NCBI GenBank assembly: GCA_950097015.1 | Contig: CATNEN010000039.1 | Span: 4,588,001-4,652,000 of the forward strand | Source of the DNA: Macrostomum hystrix | Lineage: Eukaryota > Animalia > Platyhelminthes | DNA: 64,000 nucleotides | Direction of reading: 5' to 3' | Part shown: in pieces, positions 34,926 to 45,300 of the stretch | Layout: each line of letters starts with the position of its first letter | Position numbering within the stretch: position 1 is the stretch's first letter | Made by a program: the position numbers and the translations under genes | Notes under the pieces: model-generated | Told to the model about the DNA's origin: nothing | Seen by the model: only the letters and a program-made list of their open reading frames with translations | The model's database searches: none

Positions 34926-36938
34926 TTAAATTGCAACAACAATTAGCTCCCCGTTTTCCCAATAGCAGTCTGCGGTGTCCAACTGACGCAGGCCGTCTCC
35001 GAGCTGGCTGCTGCCCACTCGCTGGCCGCTGCCCACTTGCAGGCCGCTGCCCACTCGCTGGCCGCTGTCCACTTGCAGGCCGCTGCCCACTCGCTGGCCG
35101 CTGTCCACTTGCAGGCCGCTGTCCACTCTCTGGCCGCTGCCCACTCGCTGGCCGCTGCCCACTCGCTGGCCGCTGCCCACTCGCTGGCCGCTGCCCACTT
35201 GCAGGCCGCTGCCCACTCGCTGGCCGCTGTCCACTTGCAGGCCGCTGCCCACTCGCTGGCCGCTGCCCACTCGCTGGCCGCTGCCCACTCGCTGGCTGCT
35301 GCCTCCGCGCTGGCCGTTGCCTTCTCGCTGGACGCTGCCTTGATCATCATGGCCGACTCCGTGCTGGACGTCGCCGTGATCATTATGGCCGTCTTCGAGC
35401 TGGCCGTCACCATTGGTGCCAACTACAATGTACAAACAGAATGTAGTAAGTCCCATTCGTGTGGATCGATTTCCATGGATGGGGTTTTGTTGGGATGTGA
35501 TATCCTCCAAAAGGGTATATTTTCTCTCAAATATCCCATCAAAAGAAGGCGGCTATATGGGTCCCAAGGATCCTGAAGCCGATGGGAGTGCCGACACGGC
35601 ATCAATGATTGACTGCTGTGGCTGCGGACGTGCATCGATATGGCAGGCAACTACCTCGAGAGGTCGTGAAAGTTTGTAGATTATGACTGTTTTGGTTTCG
35701 CTTTGCTCCGATCTTGCTTACTGACAATTTCTACGAACTTTTGAAGAAAAAATCCTCGTAGAAAGCTTATAAATACCCGAAAGCGCCGGATGGAAGGACA
35801 GAGGCTGACTAAGAACCGCTTTAATTGCACTGATGTGCATCCACGTTGGATTGCCAACTTCTGGTTGGAAGAAGCCGATTGCTGGGATCTCACTCCACTT
35901 GATGGAACCTTTGCATCCAGCGGCGTCTAAAAAAGCAGTGTAAATGCGAAATTTGTCCACATTTCAAATGATATAAATTATTTCTTTCAGCACATACAAA
36001 TCAATACGAACAGAATTGGGCAAATATTGAGCACAGTACGCAGTAATCTCTGAGCATGCCAACAATCTCTACTTCCGCATACATCAGCTGGTACGAACCC
36101 ACCCACACTTCTTCCAAATTCACCAGGCAGCTGCGAAGGACGCCTGAACTGAGAGGATCCAGCGGATCCACGATTGACATTTTGCAAGGATATAACCCTG
36201 CAAATAGTATAGTTGTACCTTACTTACGAAATGCTTCTTTTGCCTTTTGGCGCAGGACCTTCCTTAAGCCGTTGATAGTCTCCTTTGGCGGACATTTTAG
36301 TTCTCCGAGTAGCTTCTGAAAGAGAGTTTTTAACATTAGTAAGCAGACAATCAACACTTTACGTAAAGAACAATTAATAAATATACCTCTGTAACCTGAC
36401 GAGCCAGCGGCACAAGTTCCTGGTCCTCGGGAGAGCAGGCAAAGTACGGTGGCTTGTTGTCACGGACAACCACCAGAAAGAAGCGAGAAGTCTGATCGGT
36501 TCTTAGCTAAAGTGATTGATTGAGGGACAAAGCAATTATTACCAGATGAACTTATTCTGGCATTCTTTAGCATTCACTACTATCAGCATTCAAAGCCCAA
36601 AAAGACATTCAGAAAACCACGTACCATTTTTTCAATTGTTGACAGCTTAGGTGGCATACTTGCTGCTTCTGCAGCAAGTCGCTGCTTGGTTGCCCCGCTG
36701 AGCCGGTGGTATTTGATTGCCGTTTCCTTTTGCTGATCTATTAAAGAAAGAGAGTGATCAGCTGCGAGGATACACAACTCCGATTTGTATAATTCTGAAT
36801 TCTAATTAAATTAGCTAAAACAATGGATTAAAGCCATTTAGTGAGAACAACTCGAATCGTATACTAATAAAAGTGTAAGAAAGACTTACCAAACTTCTTC
36901 TGCGCCTTCAGAAATGCAGTGTAGGAGTTGCGAACCAT
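34926..36938 (-). CDS. Transposon-borne HMG-box-like protein with Gly/Ser/Gln/Arg hexapeptide tail; exons 36938-36890, 36761-36625, 36506-36387, 36315-36228, 35926-35777, 35422-34926 (~346 aa)
   Basis: Six exons join through GT-AG introns in one frame (1041 nt); N-terminus MVRNSYTAFLKAQKKFADHSLSLIDQQKETAIKYHRLSGATKQRLAAEA has HMG-box spacing; last exon encodes (QRVGSG)n. Confidence 0.65.
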
Positions 36939-37329
36939 CTTAAAAGTCAATAAAAGCGGAACAATGGCATTGTAGAAAGATGCATGCAGACACATGGATT
37001 TGCATTTAATATTTAGGTATCTCAAGAACCGCCCAAAACTCAGAATCCCTACCAAATCGCCAACAGAGGGAGTAAATGCAGCAATAGAGTGAAATTGGGG
37101 GGAGTGCGAGAAGCAAAAAGCAGAGAAGAAAAAGTGGGGTGGAAGATGGGATTGAAAGTGGCGGAACATGACAGTGGGGGCGGGAAAGTGAAACGATCAA
37201 AAGTGCGGGAGCTATTGTAAGACCGTGATAGCGGGTGAAAAAAGTGACAACGAATGTGAGGCCGCGGAATCAGAGGTGCAAATGTGGAAAGAAAGTGGTA
37301 GACGAGCAAAAGTAGAGTAGATGGTGGAG

Positions 37330-38960
37330 TAGAAAGTAGGGAGGGGCAGAAAGTATGGTGGGGCAGAAAGTAGGGAGGGGCAGAAAGTAGGGGGCAGAAA
37401 GTAGGGAGGGGCAGAAAGTATGGTGGGGCAGAAAGTAGGGAGGGACAGAAAATAGGGGGCAGAAAGTATGGTGGGGCAGAAAGTAGGGAGGGGCAGAAAG
37501 TATGGTGGGGCAGAAAGTAGGGAGGGGCAGAAAGTATGGTGGGGCAGAAAGTAGGGAGGGGCAGAAAGTATGGTGGGGCAGAAAGTAGGGAGGGGCAGAA
37601 AGTATGGTGGGGCAGAAAGTAGGGAGGGGCAGAAAGTATGGTGGGGCAGAAAGTAGGGAGGGGCAGAAAGTATGGTGGGGCAGAAAGTAGGGAGGGGCAG
37701 AAAGTAGAGGGCAGAAAGTAGGGTGGGGCAGAAAGTAGGGAGGGGCAGAAAGTATGGTGGGGCAGAAAGTAGGGAGGGGCAGAAAGTATGGTGGGGCAGA
37801 AAGTAGGGAGGGGCAGAAAGTAGGGGGCAGAAAGTAGGGTGGGGCAGAAAGTAGGGAGGGGCAGAAAGTATGGTGGGGCAGAAAGTAGGGAGGGGCAGAA
37901 AGTATGGTGGGGCAGAAAGTAGGGAGGGGCAGAAAGTATGGTGGGGCAGAAAGTAGGGAGGGGCAGAAAGTATGGTGGGGCAGAAAGTAGGGAGGGGCAG
38001 AAAGTATGGTGGGGCAGAAAGTAGGGAGGGGCAGAAAGTATGGTGGGGCAGAAAGTAGGGAGGGGCAGAAAGTATGGTGGGGCAGAAAGTAGGGAGGGGC
38101 AGAAAGTAGGGGGCAGAAAGTAGGGTGGGGCAGAAAGTAGGGAGGGGCAGAAAGTAGGGGGCAGAAAGTAGGGTGGGGCAGAAAGTAGGGAGGGACAGAA
38201 AATAGGGGGCAGAAAGTATGGTGGGGCAGAAAGTAGGGAGGGGCAGAAAGTATGGTGGGGCAGAAAGTAGGGAGGGGCAGAAAGTATGGTGGGGCAGAAA
38301 GTAGGGAGGGGCAGAAAGTATGGTGGGGCAGAAAGTAGGGAGGGGCAGAAAGTATGGTGGGGCAGAAAGTAGGGAGGGGCAGAAAGTATGGTGGGGCAGA
38401 AAGTAGGGAGGGGCAGAAAGTATGGTGGGGCAGAAAGTAGGGAGGGGCAGAAAGTATGGTGGGGCAGAAAGTAGGGAGGGGCAGAAAGTATGGTGGGGCA
38501 GAAAGTAGGGAGGGGCAGAAAGTATGGTGGGGCAGAAAGTAGGGAGGGGCAGAAAGTATGGTGGGGCAGAAAGTAGGGAGGGGCAGAAAGTATGGTGGGG
38601 CAGAAAGTAGGGAGGGGCAGAAAGTATGGTGGGGCAGAAAGTAGGGAGGGGCAGAAAGTATGGTGGGGCAGAAAGTAGGGAGGGGCAGAAAGTATGGTGG
38701 GGCAGAAAGTAGGGAGGGGCAGAAAGTAGGGGGCAGAAAGTAGGGTGGGGCAGAAAGTAGGGAGGGGCAGAAAGTAGGGGGCAGAAAGTAGGGTGGGGCA
38801 GAAAGTAGGGAGGGACAGAAAATAGGGGGCAGAAAGTATGGTGGGGCAGAAAGTAGGGAGGGGCAGAAAGTAGGGAAGGACAGAAAGTAGGGGGCAGAAA
38901 GTAGGGTGGGGCAGAAAGTAGGGAGGGACAGAAAATAGGGGGCAGAAAGTGGGATGAGGA
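37330..38960. repeat. 17-bp G-rich subterminal minisatellite (GGGGCAGAAAGTAGGGA / GGGGCAGAAAGTATGGT), about 95 units
   Basis: Visible tandem array; a few inverse copies next to the left TIR (23066-23165). Confidence 0.95.
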
Positions 38961-39301
38961 CAGGAAGTGGTGAAGGACAGAAGGTAGTGAGGAACAGAAA
39001 GTGGGGAGGTGCAAATAGTGGGAAAGGCAGCAAGTAAGGATGTATTGAAAGTAGAGAGGGGTAGAAAGTAGGAAGTATGGAGGGAAAAACAGTGAGGATG
39101 GACAGAAATTATGGAGTTATGGAGTTACCCACAGAAAGTGGGCATCTTGTAAGGAGTAGGAGAAGGGGCAGATAGTGGGATATAAATGAGAAGGGCAAAA
39201 ATTGGGATAAGATAGGATAGGTAAAAGTGGGGATCAAACTACAAAACAAAATGCTGATGGTTTATTTGCTGCTGTTCCAATAGTTGATATGCCTTTTGGT
39301 A

Positions 39302-40264
39302 TCCAGGGTTGAATTTCAGGATACAAAAAATGCCAAAACAGAAAATGTGGATGGCACTGAGCCATCTTGGGTCTAATTTCAGAATGACCCAGCATCTCCC
39401 TAGCTAAAATAACCAATAATATAGATTATAGAAGAGAAAATAGAGCAAAATAACAAATAGATTATGGGACAAATCAGAGGATATATAGCAGTAGAAAGGC
39501 AAATACAATTTATTGTTTGGGCCTGTTTTTTAAGCATTTGCCAAAAGCAAAACATAACTCATTTGACTATGATATAGGCGGGCAACAAAGCAAAGAAAAC
39601 CAGTCTAGAATAGATTAATTTCTTTATCATTTATAATAATAATTACATGTATGATGTACCACTTTTAATATGACATCTTAGCCACATAGGATGATGGCCA
39701 GGATACTGCAGACATCATCAAGTCAAGGCCCAATTCAAATATACAAATCATCTATATAATTGGACATATGGCTATGGATATGAAATATAATATCATTATA
39801 TCAATCCAATCCATGAATTTGGATGCTTATACCATGCATGAAAATAAGCATACCCTGTAATATTAGTAATATAGTATTAGCATTACTATTAGTCCAGACA
39901 TAAGTTATTTCAATGTAGCTTACTACACAGGCCTGTCAAATTAAAACGATCTGAAGTACTTTTCAAATATATCAATTACCAAAAGCCCAGAATGCCACGC
40001 CCCTGTTTCTAATAATGCTTAATTTAAAAAACCAAGTATTTTTAAACAACGCGAGTTTCTCTCACGAGACTATACTTAAACAAATCACGCATTTTTTCCT
40101 TTTGCTTGGCTTTAGTTAGCATTGCCAAGCTATCCCTATGCATTTCATCAGAGCTGCGCTTTTCCCAGGCAATGATACCAAGAAAGCGGGAAAGCGCAGC
40201 TTTTGCCAGGCAAGCCTGGAGATATTTTGATCTTTTTCCCAGTCTAGCCTATTGCCGTCGGGTG
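39302..40264 (-). repeat. Right terminal inverted repeat (963 bp)
   Basis: Reverse complement of 22101-23063. Confidence 0.95.
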
Positions 40265-42303
40265 ATTATAGCAATAGGCTAGGCCTATAGCGCTAGCATC
40301 AGTCCTGACTCCTGACAACTGACAGCTTGTTAAGGAAAAAGTTTTGGATTTGACTCTGGTAGATTTTTTGCGCTTTTTACTATTAATTCATAATAATAAG
40401 AAAGCAGACAAGGCAATAAAGAAACTAACTTTGGTTTAGTATATTAAATTATTCATTTAGGCCTAGTAATTGAAATGGACAAATACAAATGCATGATTAA
40501 GCATCAGCAAGCGACGAACTCTTAATCGTAACAGATAATTTCTTAGAAAAACTTAAATTATATTAAAGCTTAATAGTGGTCGTGGTGTCAATTGCACTTC
40601 AGATATAGTGAAAATTAGCAAGACAGTATACAGTTTCTTCACGCGAGTATGTTTATCATTCACATTCGCAATGTTTGCTTTGTGCAACAAATATTTCAGA
40701 CACACAGATCTAGGTTTTCATATTTATTATATTCAGGGATAGATAAAAAACGCGTTACTTCAAAAAGCTTCTCTTCACCTTTACAATGTCATTATTGTTA
40801 TGAGCAAAAATTGTTTAAAATGTAAACTTCAACGTATAACTTTGTTCAATTATTAAAAGGAACTGGTTTTTTTAAATACACTTGTTATGCTTAGTTTGAC
40901 GGTACGAAAATAGAAATTCATAGAAACTGTCAGATCGGCGCAAAGACCACTTCATGAAGAGGTCTTGTCTTCTTGTTATAATAGTCCTTGGATCGGCGTT
41001 GGCGGTGGTGGCGAATGCGCCCACGGCCACACTACCCATAGTACGGTGTATATTATACATATAGCTAGATGTTTTATGGCTGACTTGCAGGCGCTGGGTC
41101 TCAGCCCCCCGGACACTGTTGCCTGCCCCTCCTGTCTGTTTCGCAAGTGCGTGTCTCGCGGAACATCTATCTAGTACATGTAGCACATATTGTGTATTTT
41201 ATTATTATTATATGTGTATAATATATTAATAGTATACACGTATACATATGTTTTGTATATATAGAAAAGTGAGATATAAGTTTTTTAACTGAATATACAC
41301 ACAGCTTTATTTTAAAGTGCTTGTTTTTGTATGTAGTGAGTAGTGATAACTTAAGTAGCAGCATATTAGCTACCTGCCTAGTTGAAGTTGGTTAAGCGTC
41401 ATGTTTTCGCTAGAGTGCTGCCATAGAATCCATAGATACAGGTATGGCTATAGGAAGTTGCAGTTATTATGGACACAGCTTTTTGGACAAAATTTACTGA
41501 TACAGATATGATTACAGGAACTTCTGTTTCCCATATCTTTGTTCTGTCTCTTGAGTTTGCACCAATGTGATTAAAACAGTGCAGAAACAAAAGAGACAAC
41601 AAAAAATAGAACACTAGAGAGAAAGAAACACAAGCATAAACAAAAAGTTCAGTTTTGTCATCTCTAATAAATCAGCCTGACAATGCCAATCGACTTGGGA
41701 AAACAAGTCATGTTAATTTAGCTATTTAGATTATAAAAAAGAAAAATGGGAATTTTTGTGTTTACCTTTATTTTCTTGACCTTCATAAATCTGTTTCATA
41801 CCTTCATAGACCTTCAAAGCCAAAGGGGAAAAGGTTTTTGTGGGTTCTGAGTAAAAAAGTTTGCAATTTTGTTCTATACACAACCACTTTCTATATAATG
41901 GCTTCTATATCCCAGGATTACCACACAATGACTTAATAGGACATGGGGAATTAGGGATTTTGGAAACATTTTTTCAAATGTGAATTGAATAAAAGTTCAA
42001 TAGAGTCAAAGGGGATGCACTGAAGATTACTCATATTTAATTGTAGTATAGGCAACTATAGGCCTGAGGCTTTTGTGGGTACCCAAATATATTGGAATAC
42101 CAGACTAAGTGGGAAATAGTGATTGATTTTTTAGGTGAAGTGAAGAATAATTGGTTTACACTTTAACTTATTTTTTATGTTAATTTTGTCAGGTAAATTG
42201 TGTCCAATTTTTTAGTTTTTTACTTTGTTTTTAGCTATGAGGTCTTACTTAGCCATAATTTGTGACTTCAGCACTGTGCAACAGCAGACATTTAGAACAA
42301 GGT

Positions 42304-45300
42304 ATGGAGTCTAAGCCTAGTAACAAATGTGAGTCCACGGAAGAGCCAATGGTGCTGGCAGACTGTTCATCACCATTAGGCAATGAGAACCCAGCTAATT
42401 TCTGTATAGAGAATCATCTAGACTCTAATAATGTTGATGACACACTTGATATGACTCGACAACGGCTTACTGCTAATGATTGCAATGTAAGATTTACTTC
42501 TTATCTTTCAGTAGCTATTGTGACACTTTATTTCTTGTTAACGTTCTTGTTCAATACAATTATCATGTAGTATTTAGTTCTAGTGGATAAAAACTGGTAG
42601 CACACAAAAACTACTCGTAGTAGCATACCTCGAGTATATACAAAAGTGATCATTTGATTTCTTTATCAGGTGACCAACATGAATTAATTAGTACGTATTA
42701 AATACAAAAGGAAATTGATAACGAAACTATTCTAAACTAATGCGCTGGTAATCAATTGATAATTGCAGGTGGGCTGCCGGCTATGGCACATTATTCAGTG
42801 ACACGCAGCCAGCGAGGAGGCAATTCTGCCCATTCCGCTGAATCCTGTGGAACATGCTCACACATGCTCACAAATACTGTACACAAGCACACGCTTACAC
42901 AGGTGTGTACATCTGGCCTGACTTCGTCATCGTCACACAGTGTATACTTCACTGTGCCTTGGAGGTTGGCCCTCAAAAGCGTTAATTGCACGACAAGGTG
43001 CCAAGCCTTCTCTCTGCGGCTGCGCCCCAAATGAATGTGGCCTCGCCGCTGAATCGAGCTCAGGGACCTTGTAGTACGAAGTAAAGGAAAATAAGTTTTA
43101 CTCCCTGATTTTCTCATAAAGAGGGGTTCACTTACATGGCCAACTATCTAAGTTGACTTTTCGATATCAAATATTCACACTGCAAACACAATTCATCTAA
43201 TATTCTAAGTAGGGATGCGTTAAATTAACTAAAATAAAAACGTATTATCTTCCTAGTCCGATGACGCTGAGGCGGTTCCGACTGCCAAGCCGAGAGTCGA
43301 AGACTCCAAAGTTGAATCCAAGCGACAATCGAAGCACAAATCGTTGACTCCACAGCCGGCCGCCAATCTGTCTGCAACTATTCGTCATGGCTTTGACGAT
43401 CTGGCTAGTCGAGCCAAGGATGGCGCCGACCGACTCTTGCACGTCTGGCGCCGTGGCTGGCTCCTCACGGAGCACCGCAGCCTGCCTGACTGGCTCAAGG
43501 ACAATGACTTCCTTGTTGAAGGCCACCGGCCACAGCTGGGGAGCTTCACCAAATGCTTTCAAAGCATCTTTCGTGTTCACACTGAGACTGGAAATATTTG
43601 GACTCACATGCTGGGTCTGTCTTTCTATTCATCACTTCGTGTTCTCTATTATATGAATGCATCCAGATCCAGATCCCATTATTCTAAACCCATCGAGATC
43701 CCCTTCTTCTACACCCATCCAGATCCCATTCTTCTACACTTATCCAGATCCCATTCTTTTACACTTATCCAGATCCCATTCATCCACACCCATTCAGATC
43801 CCATTCTTCTACACCCATCCAGATCCCATTCTTCTATACCCATCCAGATCCCATTCTTCTACACCCATCCAGATCCCATTCTTCTACACCCATCCAGATC
43901 CCATTCTTCTACACTTATCCAGATCCCATTCATCCACACCCATTCAGATCCCATTCTTCTACACCCATCCAGATCCCATTCTTCTACACCCATCCAGATC
44001 CCATTCTTCTATACCCATCCAGATCCCATTCTTCTACACCCATCCAGATCCCATTCTTCTACACCCATCCAGATCCCATTCTTCTACACCCATCCAGATC
44101 CCATTCTTCTACACCCATCGAGATCCCATTCTTCTACACCCATCCAGATCCCATTCTTCTACACCCATCCAGATCCCATTCTTCTACACCCATCCAGATC
44201 CCATTCTTCTATACCCATCCAGATCCCATTCTTCTATACCCATCCAGATCCCATTCTTCTACACCCATCCAGATCCCATTCTTCTATACCCATCCAGATC
44301 CCATTCTTCTACAGACATCCAGATCCCATTCTTCTACACCCATCGAGATCCCATTCTTCTACACCCATCCAGATCCCATTCTTCTACACCCATCCAGATC
44401 CCATTCTTCTACACCCATCCAGATCCCATTCTTCTATACCCATCCAGATCCCATTCTTCTATACCCATCCAGATCCCATTCTTCTACACCCATCCAGATC
44501 CCATTCTTCTATACCCATCCAGATCCCATTCTTCTATACCCATCCAGATCCCATTCTTCTACACCCATCCAGATCCCATTCTTCTACACCCATCCAGATC
44601 CCATTCTTCTACAGACATCCAGATCCCATTCTTCTACACCCATCCAGATCCCATTCTTCTACACCCATCCAGATCCCATTCTTCTACACCCATCCAGATC
44701 CTATTCTTCTATACCCATCCAGATCCCATCAGACACCTAGATCCCATTCTACAAAAGGCCATATCGCCATAGTCTACAGACTGGATTTTGATCCGCATTC
44801 TGCTGCAGGCTGCATCGCATTCACCGCCATGGCCATATACTTCCTAAGCCGGCCAGCAGCCCAGGTCCAAGTGCAGGATAAGCTGGTGTTCTCCGCCTTC
44901 TTCCTTGGCGCCATCCTCTGCATGGGCCTCTCCTTCCTGTTCCACACAGTCTATTGCCATTCGGAGCGGATCGGCCGGCTGTTTAATAAGTAAATCTCAT
45001 GCAATGTATTAAATTAGATGGCTATTTGACATCAGGAATGGTCATTTCAATCAGGAATGGTCATTTCCAATCAGGAATGGTCATTCCCTATCAGGAATGG
45101 TCATTTCCAGTCAGGAATGGTCATTTCCAGTCAGGAATGGTCATTTCCAGTCAGGAATGGTCATTTCCAATCAGGAATGGTCATTCCCTATCAGGAATGG
45201 TCATTTCCAGTCAGGAATGGTCATTTCCAGTCAGGAATGGTCATTTCCAGTCAGGAATGGTCATTTCCAATCAGTAATGGTCATTTCCAATCAGAATTGT

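Larger units (their letters stand above)
22101..40264. mobile_element. 18.2-kb KDZ-superfamily DNA transposon with 963-bp TIRs and 7-bp TSD ATTATAG
   Basis: 22101-23063 is the reverse complement of 39302-40264 (ends CACCCGACGG...CCGTCGGGTG); ATTATAG at 22094-22100 and 40265-40271; encodes a KDZ transposase. Confidence 0.92.

Noticed and set aside
36000-36198. Alternative exon for the HMG gene
   Set aside because: Needs a ~30-nt intron and ends in a stop; skipping to 35926 gives a longer, phase-consistent model
37212-39033. 600- and 587-aa Pro-rich ORFs
   Set aside because: Translations of the stop-free 17-bp minisatellite; open in several frames
39234-39416. 60-aa ORF in the TIR
   Set aside because: Short, no recognisable motif, and diverges from its left-TIR counterpart at the TIR boundary
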